Notes under the pieces: generated by a model | Databases searched by the model: none | The model's input: only the letters and a program-made list of their open reading frames with translations | What the model was told of the DNA's origin: nothing | Origin: an uncultured delta proteobacterium | GTDB lineage: Bacteria > Desulfobacterota > Binatia > UBA9968 | Assembly (NCBI GenBank): GCA_963727625.1 | Contig: CAVSHR010000009.1 | Location: 192,001 to 256,000 of the forward strand | DNA length: 64,000 nt | Reading direction: 5' to 3' | Shown here: one piece after another, positions 10,099 to 20,198 of the stretch | Layout of the letters: every line of letters begins with the position of its first letter | Position numbering within the stretch: position 1 is the first letter of the stretch | Made by a program: the position numbers and the translations under genes

Positions 10099-11220
10099 AT
10101 GGACTTGTCGTTAACTGAGACCCAGGAAGAATTTAAAAAAGTAGCGGAGGACTTCGTCAAAGCGGAAGTTCCCGCGCACCAGATGACCCAGTGGTACAAG
10201 AACAAGCAAACCTTCCAACCGCAGCTGGTCAAAAAAGCCGCTGGAATCGGCTGGCTCGGCATGATGTTGCCCGAGGAGTACGGCGGTTCCGGCGTGTCAA
10301 CGATGGATTGCGCCGTAGTGTTCGAGGCGTTGGGGCACGGACCCGTTCCCGGGCCGCTTTTCACTTCGGGGGTGCTCAGCGCCCAGATGATTTTCGAAGC
10401 GTGCACCGAAGCACAGAGAAAAGCCTTGTTACCCGCCATTTGCGACGGCTCATCGATCGTTGTGCCCGCGATCACCGATAAGGCCGCCTATTGGGGACCG
10501 GAGGCGGTCGAGACGCGCCTGAGTAAAACTCCCCGCGGCTACCTCATGAACGGCACCAAACGCTTTGTCTTCGATGGCCAAGCAGCGACGAGTTTCCTCT
10601 GTGCCGCGCGCACCGAGGAAGGCAAAGTGGTCTTCTTGCTCGTCGACGCCAAGAGCCCCGGCGTCACGATCACGCCCCACGTCGGATTCTTTGTTTCCGT
10701 CGCCGAAGTGCGTTTCGACAAAGTGGCCGTCGATCCGGCGAATCTGCTTGGTTCGAGCGGCGCAAGCTGGACCACGCTCGAAGCGGCTTTGGACAAAGCC
10801 TTGCCGGTACTCTCCGCCTATCAGGTCGGCGCCACTCAGGAAGTGTTTGACACGACCTGCGAGTACACGCGCACCCGCGTCGTCTTCGGCCAGCCCATCG
10901 GCCGCTTCCAACGCGTGCAGGATCACTGTGTCGATATTTCGATCAATCTCGATATGGCGCGCTGGGCGACCTACGAAACCATATGGCGCATCGACAGCGG
11001 CATGCCAGCCCGCGCCGCGGTGCACGAAGCCAAAGCAACCGCCAGCGACGGTTATTATCACGGGACCAATTATGCGCACATGGTTTGGGCCGGACCCGGC
11101 ACCGACTACAGTCATCCGATGATGGCGCACAGCGTGCTCGCGCACACGCTCTATCAATATTTGGGCACGCCGGGGCACCATAAACGACTGATGATCGACG
11201 CGCTTTATCCCAGAGCGTAA
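10099..11220 (+). CDS. Acyl-CoA dehydrogenase (partner subunit of a probable heteromeric ACAD)
   Basis: LPEEYGG, NGTKRFV, R.VFGQPIGRFQRVQ; lacks TEP..GSD. Confidence 0.88.
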   Translation: MDLSLTETQEEFKKVAEDFVKAEVPAHQMTQWYKNKQTFQPQLVKKAAGIGWLGMMLPEEYGGSGVSTMDCAVVFEALGHGPVPGPLFTSGVLSAQMIFEACTEAQRKALLPAICDGSSIVVPAITDKAAYWGPEAVETRLSKTPRGYLMNGTKRFVFDGQAATSFLCAARTEEGKVVFLLVDAKSPGVTITPHVGFFVSVAEVRFDKVAVDPANLLGSSGASWTTLEAALDKALPVLSAYQVGATQEVFDTTCEYTRTRVVFGQPIGRFQRVQDHCVDISINLDMARWATYETIWRIDSGMPARAAVHEAKATASDGYYHGTNYAHMVWAGPGTDYSHPMMAHSVLAHTLYQYLGTPGHHKRLMIDALYPRA

Positions 11221-11225
11221 TAAAA

Positions 11226-11297
11226 TGTCTCGTGTCTGGAGTTCCGAGTCTGGCATTTTTCCAAAACCCGAGGCTCTAGACGCGAGACCTGAGACAG
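11226..11297. repeat. Degenerate heptamer inverted-repeat element
   Basis: TGTCTCG TGTCTGG AGTTCCG AGTCTGG ... TCTAGAC GCGAGAC CTGAGAC. Confidence 0.6.
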
Positions 11298-12352
11298 ATT
11301 TTTAGCTCAGAAGGAATATCGTTATATCAAAGCCAAACTGGTGCGCGCCTGCGACGATTATGCGGGCAAATTCCGGAACTTTCTAAGCTTATGATTTACA
11401 ACGATCTCGCGAGCAATTTTGAGTTAATTTTCTTAAAATCGATAAGCGCGCGAAATTAAAAGGAGCTAGGTAAAATCGCAAAACTGCTCAAAAAGAAAAT
11501 CAGTGAGCTGCTGCTCATTTGGCATGCAGTTCTGCTCAATTATTGAGGTTTGTAAAATATTGTGACGGATCGCAATGCTTTTTCCCCTATGAATGTCGGC
11601 CAAAAGCTAGTCACTATAATCTGCAAACATCAATAGTAGTCACAACGAGCAGAATTCATTCCGACGTATACCCTCGCAGTCAAGCAAGTCCCGGGAAAAA
11701 CCGGGAAAAACTAAGCGCTGGACAAATTAAACGCGGTTGAGTAAGTAGAGCAGCGGATCGCTGGACCGACTGGCGGCGCAACCGTCGACCGCTCTGATAG
11801 CTTCCACGCGAGGTCGAACCCAATACGCCAGGCACTCAGTACGCCGAGGGTGAACAATTTAGAATAGAAGTTTCTACCAATAACTCACTGACAACTCTGA
11901 TCAAACGGAAGAGAGTTGTGAGTATGGATAACGGGTAACGGTTTCGTACAGTCGTTTTGGTCTGGCGCCGGGCATCAAAAGACCTCGGACTTCCGGTCGT
12001 GCCCAGGGCTTCTTCGATGACGCCAGCAATTTTTGGCCACCGTCGTCTGACTGGATTGAAAACGGTTGCGGAAAAATTCTTAAACGGGTATGAGCTGGAC
12101 TTGATTGCCATGCAAAGCGCCGCCGGTCGTTGCCATAATGTCGTTCTCCTGCTTCGATTTCGCGCCCGAGACGCTGCCCGGATACTCGCCAGCCTCTGAC
12201 TGTGCCGGTCACGTTTGATTTCCACGAATCAGCATTCCAAGGGCAAAGGATGTCACCGCGCGTCATGCCGACTTGCTTGATTTCGGCGTGGATCGACTGC
12301 AAAAGTTGTCGATGAAAAATACACAGATGTAATTAGACATGGGAGGTCAGTA

Positions 12353-13408
12353 ATGATGAAGTTGCTAAGAATGATCACAGTCGCCCTGCTGTTGGTTCCG
12401 TCCATACTCGACGCGCAAACGCGCAAGCCGATGACGATCGCCGAGTTGGTCACTTATAAAGGCGCCGACCGGGAGCAGGTCCTTTACAACGGCGCAAAAG
12501 CCGAAGGGAAAGTGACCTGGTATACCTCGCTCGCTGGAAACTCGTACAAAGCGATGGTCAAAGCTTTCCAAAGTAAATATCCCGGCGTAAGTGTTGAAGC
12601 CTATCGGGTATCGGGCTCGGACATGACTACACGGATGTACGAGGAATCAAAAGCCAAAAGATATATCGCCGACACCGTCGAAACTACCGAGGGCAATTTG
12701 ATGTTCATGCGCGAAGCCTTTCTTTTGCGCCCCTATCACTCGCCGTATTTTGCCTCCTATCCGGAAGACGCCAAGGAAAAAAGCGAAAAAGGTTTATATT
12801 TTTGGGGCATCGCCCGCGAGTCCTATATCGGCTTCGCTTACAACACCAAACTTCTTCCCAAGAATGCCGTGCCGAAGAACTTTGAAGGATTGCTTCATCC
12901 CGCGCTGAAAAACCGCATGGGCGTGTCGGTGAGCGATCCGACTTATAAAGTTATCGGCGCCATGATCAAGACCAGGGGGCTGGAGTTCGTCAAAAAGCTC
13001 AAGGTCCAGGGTATCGCCCTGCATACGATCATCCCGCCGGCGCTGCTCGACTTGATCGCCTCGGGTGAAGTGCTCGCCTCGCCGGTGATCTTTCGCAACC
13101 ACACTTTGAACGCCATCGCCAAAGGAGCGCCGGTGGCTTGGGTGCCGATGGACCTCGTGCCGACCAACGTTGGCGGCGCCGCGATCTCCGTCCAACCGCC
13201 CCATCCCCATGGCGCTTTGCTTTTAGCGGACTACCTGTTGGGTCCCGAAGGCCAGGCGGTGCTGGCAAAATTTGAATATGGCAGCGCAAAGAAGAACCTG
13301 GGTTTCAAACGCTGGCGCCCGGACCATGGCGTAGCCACCGAGAAATACGAAAAAGAGCTCGAACGTTGGGAAAAGCTGATGAAGGAAATCAGCCGCGGGG
13401 CGATGTAA
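12353..13408 (+). CDS. ABC extracellular solute-binding protein
   Basis: Signal peptide; paralog of 6124..7167 (YKGADREQ, WYTSLAG, WVPMDLVP, PHPH). Confidence 0.85.
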   Translation: MMKLLRMITVALLLVPSILDAQTRKPMTIAELVTYKGADREQVLYNGAKAEGKVTWYTSLAGNSYKAMVKAFQSKYPGVSVEAYRVSGSDMTTRMYEESKAKRYIADTVETTEGNLMFMREAFLLRPYHSPYFASYPEDAKEKSEKGLYFWGIARESYIGFAYNTKLLPKNAVPKNFEGLLHPALKNRMGVSVSDPTYKVIGAMIKTRGLEFVKKLKVQGIALHTIIPPALLDLIASGEVLASPVIFRNHTLNAIAKGAPVAWVPMDLVPTNVGGAAISVQPPHPHGALLLADYLLGPEGQAVLAKFEYGSAKKNLGFKRWRPDHGVATEKYEKELERWEKLMKEISRGAM

Positions 13409-13548
13409 CAAATTAGCCAAAGGCCGTTCAAGCTGCGCGCCGCTATATCAAGAATCGTCGAAGGCCCCGAAGGATGAAGATCTCTATATTTCAGACTTCG
13501 TGGCCTTCCCGGCGGCCTTGTTTTGATCTTTGGATCGCCGCCGATATC

Positions 13549-13849
13549 CTACTTTTGCTCGTAGAGCTTGTTGAAAAACCCGCTTTTCTCCAGCTTCTGC
13601 GCGAGCGCGACCACAGAGATCAACAACGCGATCATCCCCCCTTCCGGAAAAACGCTTTCATCAAATTCTCCTTCCGCCGCGGCAAGTCTGATCCGAAGCA
13701 GCGACAAAGGGCAAATCTTCTTCTTTGGGATCGATGGCAAGATACACGGTGCCGAGGAGCCTCTCATGGGAACCGGTTGGGCCGAAAGAGGCGCCGCCGA
13801 TGAAAGCCGTCTTAGCGGTAAACTCCAGGCGGATTTGATTGCGCGACAT
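13549..13849 (-). pseudogene. Chimeric relic: N-terminus of an alpha/beta-hydrolase-domain protein plus C-terminus of an NMT1-like binding protein
   Basis: Fragments FIGGASFGPTGSHERLLGTVYLAIDP and AQKLEKSGFFNKLY in different frames; both far shorter than expected. Confidence 0.45.
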
Positions 13850-13882
13850 CGACGCGTCCTCCCGATCTCGATCAGCGGTGGT

Positions 13883-15616
13883 TCATTCTCGTCGCGGTTC
13901 CATCGCGGCGTTTACGCCGCAGATATAACCCTGGGTGGCACAGCGGCCCATGCCATGCTGATTGAAGCCGCCCGCCGACTCGCCGGCGCAATACAGACCG
14001 GGAATGACTTTCCCGTTCATGTCGACCACTTGGCAGCTCGCGTTGATACGCAGGCCGGAACGCGTGTCGTGGACAATGACCGTTCCCCAGGCGGCGTAGA
14101 ACGGCGGCTTTTCGATCTTGTACTTGGGCGCGGGCTTGCCAAAATCCTCATCTATCCCTTTATCGACGAATGAGTTGTAGCGCTCGACGGTGGCCCGCAA
14201 CACTTCGCCTTTCATCGGCTTCGTCTGATACTCGTTCTTGATCGCCGCGGCAAGCTCTGGAATTGTGTTGGCGCTAAAAAAATATCCGTCGGTGTCGACG
14301 TAGGGCGGCACCACTTTCCAGCCCTCGCGCGCCACCGCGTCGGCGTCGAAGATCGCCCATTGCGGCCCAGCGGGATAGTCGGGCGGCTCGGAGTATTCGT
14401 TCATCGCCAGCGCGGCATGAACGAAATTGTATTTCGTCGGGTTGTAGCCGAGCTTCTCCATGTTGCGATAATCGTTGGGCGTATACGGCGTTACTTGTTG
14501 ACCGTTGTTGCCATGCGGCGGATCCCCCTTGGTCTCGTCGTAAAATCGCTTGCCGACTTGATTGACGAGGATGAGATCCTGCCATTCTTTGACATTGAAA
14601 CCGGTCGCCTTTACCAGTGGAAAGATCGGGCTCTCCACCTTCCACGTGGTGTAATTGTATTTCGTCGCCAGCGCGCGCTGCGCGCGCATGGTCGCGCCGT
14701 TCTCCATCGCTTGATGATTCAATCCCCACAACGACGCGCCGATGGCCATCGCCGCCAACTCGCCGCTGGCGTCCTGATAGCTGTAAGGTTCACCACCCAC
14801 CTGCACCTCGGGCGTCAAGCGCGGATCGAACATGCGGCGAAACTCCACATGGCTGGTGCTGCCGCCGGTGGCGACGATCACCGCCTTGCGCGCGCGCAGC
14901 GCCACGGTCGGTTTGGCCCTGTCAATGTTGCCCTCGGAGCGAAAACTTTTCAGCGGCGTCGACGCACCCGGCATGATATGCGGGTTGTATTGTGCCGTGA
15001 TGCCGATCACGCGGCCGGCAGCATCGGCTTCCTCGCGCAGAATGCTGGTCATTTTGTAATTCAACAGAAACCGCACGCCTTTCTTGCGCGCGCGCGCTTC
15101 CAGCGGTCGAATCACCAGAGTGCCATTGGCGGCGTTGGGACTTTCGAGACCCGCGCCTTGTTTCCACACCACGTGGTTTTCCCGGGGCGCCGAGTTGCCG
15201 GTGGTCGAGGCACCGTGATTGTCCGGCGCCTTATCGTCGAAAACAACGCCGTTTTCCAGCAGGAATTCGAACACAATCGCGCAGTGATCCGCGAACGCGC
15301 GCATTACGGCGCGGTCGTTATAGCGAAAATCAGGCGTGCCGTTGGGCTGGACGATCGACCAATCGGTGAGATCGGAAAAGACTACATCCGGCGAGTCTTC
15401 GATGCCGTATTTTCTCTGTGCACTGGTGCCGCCGCCGAGCGCCATATGCCCGCCGCTCAAAATCGCGTGCCCGCCGACGTCGTAATTCGCCTCCACGACG
15501 ATGACCGACGCGCCGCCCTCCACCGCCTTGATCGCCGCCGGCAGCCCCGCCGCCCCCGACCCGATCACCAATACGTCCGTCTCAAGATCCCACTTATTCG
15601 GTGCTGCTTGTCCCAT
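13883..15616 (-). CDS. FAD-dependent oxidoreductase, FAD_binding_2 family (fumarate reductase/ketosteroid dehydrogenase-like)
   Basis: DVLVIGSGAAG, VIVATGG, DEDFGK, PPFYA, VIPGLYCAGE. Confidence 0.85.
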   Translation of the reverse strand: MGQAAPNKWDLETDVLVIGSGAAGLPAAIKAVEGGASVIVVEANYDVGGHAILSGGHMALGGGTSAQRKYGIEDSPDVVFSDLTDWSIVQPNGTPDFRYNDRAVMRAFADHCAIVFEFLLENGVVFDDKAPDNHGASTTGNSAPRENHVVWKQGAGLESPNAANGTLVIRPLEARARKKGVRFLLNYKMTSILREEADAAGRVIGITAQYNPHIMPGASTPLKSFRSEGNIDRAKPTVALRARKAVIVATGGSTSHVEFRRMFDPRLTPEVQVGGEPYSYQDASGELAAMAIGASLWGLNHQAMENGATMRAQRALATKYNYTTWKVESPIFPLVKATGFNVKEWQDLILVNQVGKRFYDETKGDPPHGNNGQQVTPYTPNDYRNMEKLGYNPTKYNFVHAALAMNEYSEPPDYPAGPQWAIFDADAVAREGWKVVPPYVDTDGYFFSANTIPELAAAIKNEYQTKPMKGEVLRATVERYNSFVDKGIDEDFGKPAPKYKIEKPPFYAAWGTVIVHDTRSGLRINASCQVVDMNGKVIPGLYCAGESAGGFNQHGMGRCATQGYICGVNAAMEPRRE

Positions 15617-15739
15617 GCCTTATGTTCCTTCAGTTAGAGTTCAGCATCGATTACAACCGTAAAAGTTAAAATACAATAGATGGAAAACTCTTACAGTGTG
15701 ATTTCAATGACCCGAGCGATCTTGCAGCAGCAAATTTTT

Positions 15740-15991
15740 CCCGATTTTATCGTCTCGCCGGAGCTGCATCCGGGAATCGGTGACGCGGCCTACGCCTTCG
15801 ACCCCGACGGCCACTGCCTGGAACCGACCTGTGCCATGGAACAGGTCGGCTGGGATGGCAAACCGCGGCCGAAAGAGCTGCGCCGCAAGGTCAATCCTAA
15901 CAACTGGCCCGATAGGCTTGAGCCGCTGTCAGACACCTATACCGGCGAACCCTTCACGGCCCTTGGGCTTAAGTTTAAAATTCAAGAATAG
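15740..15991 (+). pseudogene. C-terminal fragment of a VOC/extradiol dioxygenase-like protein
   Basis: HPGIG..AYAFDPDGHCLE...MEQVGWDGKPRP; N-terminal part missing; start approximate. Confidence 0.5.
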
Positions 15992-16174
15992 CGCGGAGGA
16001 GATCTGTGACCGATCTCTCCCGTTGAGTTTTTGCCCTTACTTCTTAAGGCTGGCTGCTCTTTAAGCAACAATTGTCTTGCTCCTCTGTTTTGATATATAG
16101 CAATCCATAGTGCGTTTCGGGTTTCACTCACCCGAAGCCGCCGAGCCGAGACCGGAAACCGCGAGAACCTAACG

Positions 16175-17866
16175 ATGAATATGATGATGCGTAATCCCAC
16201 CCAGTTGCTGTTCCTTTTTACCACAGCAGCGCTGGCCTATTTGGTTCTGCCGCCGTTTTTCTTCATTCTTCACACCAGTTTGGTAACCGACCGCGGACTT
16301 CAAGCCGGCTCATTCACGATTCAGCACTTCATCAACATTATCGACTCTCTCGGCGACGTTAAAACTTTGCTAAGCAATTCGTTGATCTACGCGGTGAGCA
16401 GTTCAGCCGTGGCACTCGTTTACGGCACCGCCCTCGCCTGGCTCGCCGAGCGCAGCGATGCGCCGTTTCGCAAACTCGCCTACGTCTCCGCCTACGTATC
16501 CTTCGCCATCCCGGGCATTATTAAGGTCGTCGGCTGGATCATGTTGCTCGGGCCCAAGGCGGGCATGCTAAATGCCGTCGGGATGGCGCTCATCGGGGCG
16601 CCTTTTTTAAACATCTTTTCCATGGGCGGCATGATCTTGGTGGAAAGTTTTCTCTGGATACCCATCGTTTTCTTGCTTATGTCGACGCCGTTCCGTTCCA
16701 TGGACCCGTCATTGGAGGAAGCCGCAACCACCGCGGGCAGCAGCAGTTGGCAGGTATTTCGCCGGGTAACTTTTCCCTTAGCGGTGCCCAGCGTACTGGC
16801 CGTGCTGATTTTAACCTTCATACGCTCTTTGGAAGCCTTCGAGATTCCGGCTCTGATCGGTATTCCCGCCGGCATCGAAGTGCTGACAACGAAAATTTAT
16901 TTGCAGATTAAAGGCGGCCTCATTCCCAAGTACGGCGAGGCCAGCGCATACTCGATAGTCCTGATCTGTCTGGTCGCGCTCGGACTAATTCCTTATTACC
17001 GGATCACCAGCAAAACCTATAAATTCACGACCATCAGCGGCAAAAACTTTCGCCCCAGTCGCATTGCGTTGGGAAAATGGCGCTGGTTCGGCGGCATGCT
17101 CATGCTGGTATTGCCGCTGCTCCAGTTTTTTCCCATCGCTGCCATCGCCTGGTCGTCTTTTTTGCCCTTTGCCCAGGTGCCGTCGTGGAAGGCGCTGGAG
17201 CTTTTGACCGTCGGTAATTACATCACGGCGTTCAATGACAGCGGCATCATCCGCTCGATCATGAACAGTTTAACCGTGAGCGTCTCGTCGGCAACCATCG
17301 CGGTGATCATCACCTTTTTCGCCGCCTGGTTGATCGTGCGCGCGTCGATCAAGGGGCGCTGGATCCTCGATCACATGGCGATGCTGCCGCTGGTTTTTCC
17401 CGGCATCGTCATGGGCATCGCGATTTTGAAAATGTATCTGATATTGCCGATTCCAGTTTACGGCACGATCTGGATTCTGGTGCTGGCATTCGTCGCCCGC
17501 TATCTGCCCTACGGCATCCGCTTTAGCCATTCGGCGCTCTTGGGCCTGCATAAAGAGCTCGAAGAAGGTGCCTTGGCGAGCGGCGCCAGCTGGTTACAAA
17601 TGGTTCGCCACGTCGTCGTGCCGCTGATCATGCCGGCGCTTTTGGCCGGCTGGATCTATATTTTTCTGATCACGTTCAAGGAACTCTCCATCGCGCTGCT
17701 GCTCTACTCGCCCGGGTCGCAAGTTGTGGCGGTGACGATTTGGGAGCTGTGGGACAACGGCCATGTCGGCGAGTTGGCGGCCTTCAGCTTGATCATTACC
17801 ATCGGCACCGTGTTTGTCGGTTCGGTCTTTCTCAACATCGCCCAGCGTTACGGGCTGCAGGACTAA
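16175..17866 (+). CDS. ABC transporter permease, FbpB-like
   Basis: Two EAA loops; strongly similar to 4200..5957. Confidence 0.9.
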   Translation: MNMMMRNPTQLLFLFTTAALAYLVLPPFFFILHTSLVTDRGLQAGSFTIQHFINIIDSLGDVKTLLSNSLIYAVSSSAVALVYGTALAWLAERSDAPFRKLAYVSAYVSFAIPGIIKVVGWIMLLGPKAGMLNAVGMALIGAPFLNIFSMGGMILVESFLWIPIVFLLMSTPFRSMDPSLEEAATTAGSSSWQVFRRVTFPLAVPSVLAVLILTFIRSLEAFEIPALIGIPAGIEVLTTKIYLQIKGGLIPKYGEASAYSIVLICLVALGLIPYYRITSKTYKFTTISGKNFRPSRIALGKWRWFGGMLMLVLPLLQFFPIAAIAWSSFLPFAQVPSWKALELLTVGNYITAFNDSGIIRSIMNSLTVSVSSATIAVIITFFAAWLIVRASIKGRWILDHMAMLPLVFPGIVMGIAILKMYLILPIPVYGTIWILVLAFVARYLPYGIRFSHSALLGLHKELEEGALASGASWLQMVRHVVVPLIMPALLAGWIYIFLITFKELSIALLLYSPGSQVVAVTIWELWDNGHVGELAAFSLIITIGTVFVGSVFLNIAQRYGLQD

Positions 17867-17885
17867 CTGGACGAGCATGCTCCGG

Positions 17886-17952
17886 TTGAACTTTGAACTT
17901 TTGAACCTTGAACAACTCACATCATTCAAATGTTCAAGGGTTCAAGGTTCAA
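17886..17952. repeat. TTGAAC-based tandem plus inverted repeat element
   Basis: TTGAACT TTGAACTT TTGAACC TTGAAC ... TTCAAAT GTTCAAGG GTTCAAG GTTCAA. Confidence 0.7.
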
Positions 17953-17983
17953 CGATTGTCTTTCAGATTTTGGAGGTTTGATC

Positions 17984-18988
17984 GTGGATTTTAAAATCAT
18001 CGATGCCGACGCCCATCATTTGGACGGGCCGGCCTATAAGCAATATCTACCCGAAAAATATCGCGCCCGCAGCGGCCCCTATTTTCCGTCATTCGGCTGG
18101 GACATTTTTTTGAACAACACCACCGGCCGCAAACCGACCACTCCGGACGAATACTGCAAAGACTTGGACGTGGAAAAAATCGGCGATGCCGTGGCCTATC
18201 CGAGCAACGCTTTGTCTATCGGTCTCGTGCGCGAACTCGATCTCGCCGCCGAGCTGGCGAAAGCCTATAACGACTGGGCCTGCGAATTTTGCAAGACTAG
18301 CGGCAATCGGGTCAAGTACGCCGCCGTCATCGCGCCGCAGGTTGTGCCCGAGGCCGTGAAAGAGGTCCGCCGCGCCGTCACCGAAAAAGGCGCGGTCGGT
18401 GTGATGATGCCGACCTACGTCCAACAGGGACTGGATCTCGGCCAGCCGCAATTCGATCCGATCTACGCCGAAGCCCAGGGCCTCGGCGTCCCGGTCGGTT
18501 TTCATGCCACCGCGCAGGTCGCCGTCGGAAACACCCGTTTTCACAAATATCTCGGCGTGCACATGACCTCGCATCCCTTCGAGCAGATGCTGTCGATCGT
18601 CTCGATTATCTCCAACGGCGTGCTCGACCGCTTTCCCATGCTGAAAGTCGGTTTTCTTGAGGCCGGCGTCGGCTTTTTGCCCTACTGGATGGAGCGCTTC
18701 GACGAGAAGTATCACCTGAGAAGCGCCGAGATGGAGCCGCTCAAGATGCTGCCGAGCGAATACATCAAAGATCATCGCTGCTACTTCACCTGTGAGGGCG
18801 AAGAGTCCGCGCTGCCGCTGGTCATTGAGCAGTTCGGCGACAAATGCATGATGTACGCCTCCGACTATCCGCATTGGGACATGGAGTGGCCGCATAGCGT
18901 CAGCCAGGTCGTCCGCCGCAAGGACATCACCGACAAGACCAAGCAGAATATCCTCGCGGACAACGCCAAAGCTTTCTATCGGTTCTAG
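17984..18988 (+). CDS. Amidohydrolase_2 family protein (decarboxylase/hydratase-like)
   Basis: IIDADAH, GVLDRFP.LKVGFLEAG, YASDYPHWD; GTG start after GGAGG. Confidence 0.88.
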   Translation: MDFKIIDADAHHLDGPAYKQYLPEKYRARSGPYFPSFGWDIFLNNTTGRKPTTPDEYCKDLDVEKIGDAVAYPSNALSIGLVRELDLAAELAKAYNDWACEFCKTSGNRVKYAAVIAPQVVPEAVKEVRRAVTEKGAVGVMMPTYVQQGLDLGQPQFDPIYAEAQGLGVPVGFHATAQVAVGNTRFHKYLGVHMTSHPFEQMLSIVSIISNGVLDRFPMLKVGFLEAGVGFLPYWMERFDEKYHLRSAEMEPLKMLPSEYIKDHRCYFTCEGEESALPLVIEQFGDKCMMYASDYPHWDMEWPHSVSQVVRRKDITDKTKQNILADNAKAFYRF

Positions 18989-19051
18989 CCCCATTGCTAG
19001 ATGCCGAACCGCGTGTGCTCGTGAGCGCGGCTCGTTGCACATGAGCGCGCG

Positions 19052-19085
19052 TTGAACTATTGAACGTTTGAACCCTTGAACGAAC
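19052..19085. repeat. TTGAAC tandem repeat (8-nt period)
   Basis: TTGAACTA TTGAACGT TTGAACCC TTGAAC. Confidence 0.6.
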
Positions 19086-19107
19086 CTAAACCCACGGAGA
19101 ATTGAAA

Positions 19108-19920
19108 ATGACCGATCTAAAATTTATCACCGCCAACATCGACGAATCCGCCGGCATCGCCTGGCTGACGCTCAACCGTCCGGAAAAGAAAAACGCACTG
19201 AGCATCGCCCTGCTCGCCGAGCTTTCGAGCACCCTCCGATCCCTCGCCGAGAACGACAAAATCCGCTGCATCGTCACCGCCGGCGCCGGCGATTCCTACT
19301 CGTCGGGGCGCGACCTCTACGACATGCGCGGGCAGAATAACCGCCGGCGCACGCGCGGTTTCGGCGGCGTTGCCGAGATTGTCGATATTATGCGCAAGCT
19401 GCCGCAAGTCACGGTCGCCAAAGTGCGCGGCTGGTGCCTGGGCGGCGGCTTGGCGTTGATCAACGGCCACGACCTCGTGATCAGCGGAGACAATGCAAAA
19501 TTCGGCATGCCCGAAGTGATCCGCGGCAGCTACGGCGCCACGGCGACGCCGTCGTTATTTCACGCCGGCATCCCGTTCAAGAAGGCGTTCTTTATTTCCC
19601 TCACCGGCAGGAATCTTACCGGCGCAGAAGCCGAACGGGTTGGATTGGTTTCGGATGTCGTGCCCGAAAAAGAGCTCGACAGTTATGTCGACACGCTGGC
19701 GCAAGAGCTCGCCAGCCGCAACGGTGCGACCCTGGAAAACGCCAAGATCGCCGCCTACATGCAAAAAGATTTACCCTTCGACATGGCCCTGCGCGCCGAC
19801 GACTTGGTGCAGCACCGGCTGCGCTACTATACCAACCCGCTGAGCGACGTCGAAGGCTATCTCCACTCGCAAAAAGGCGGCGCATCGGTCAAATACGTGA
19901 AGCCGGAAGACCGGAAGTAG
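19108..19920 (+). CDS. Enoyl-CoA hydratase/isomerase (crotonase) family
   Basis: LNRPEKKNAL, SSGRDL, GWCLGGG, FGMPE. Confidence 0.9.
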   Translation: MTDLKFITANIDESAGIAWLTLNRPEKKNALSIALLAELSSTLRSLAENDKIRCIVTAGAGDSYSSGRDLYDMRGQNNRRRTRGFGGVAEIVDIMRKLPQVTVAKVRGWCLGGGLALINGHDLVISGDNAKFGMPEVIRGSYGATATPSLFHAGIPFKKAFFISLTGRNLTGAEAERVGLVSDVVPEKELDSYVDTLAQELASRNGATLENAKIAAYMQKDLPFDMALRADDLVQHRLRYYTNPLSDVEGYLHSQKGGASVKYVKPEDRK

Positions 19921-19949
19921 TCCTGCTAGCGTCAAATTTGGCTGCTGCG

Positions 19950-20198
19950 TTAAATTCCCAGCCCTCGAACCCACGCGATTCGAGAAAACAGACTTTTTCT
20001 TAATCGCATTGAGTTTTCTCCTGGTTTGACGCAGCCAGTGCAGGTAATTTGATCGCGCCTGGCTGGACCCTGGTCTTTGGCATAGCCGACGAGCAGCAAG
20101 TGTTTTGAGCAAGTCGATCGATTGCACCGGAAGCAAACTCCACCAGCGAATTTTTCAAATCGCGCTGAACAAACGTGGCAGATCCAGGGAATGATCAT
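19950..20198 (-). CDS. Small Cys-rich putative zinc-binding protein
   Basis: CHVC, CFRC, CSKH, CTGC; ATGA overlap with alkA. Confidence 0.55.
   Translation of the reverse strand: MIIPWICHVCSARFEKFAGGVCFRCNRSTCSKHLLLVGYAKDQGPARRDQITCTGCVKPGENSMRLRKSLFSRIAWVRGLGI

Noticed and set aside
17886-17952. Short repeat arrays as CRISPR
   Set aside because: Units are 7-8 nt with no unique spacers, and there are no cas genes.
17930-17983. Upstream ATG extension of the amidohydrolase
   Set aside because: It falls within the repeat element; GTG 17984 has a GGAGG RBS and matches the family N-terminus.
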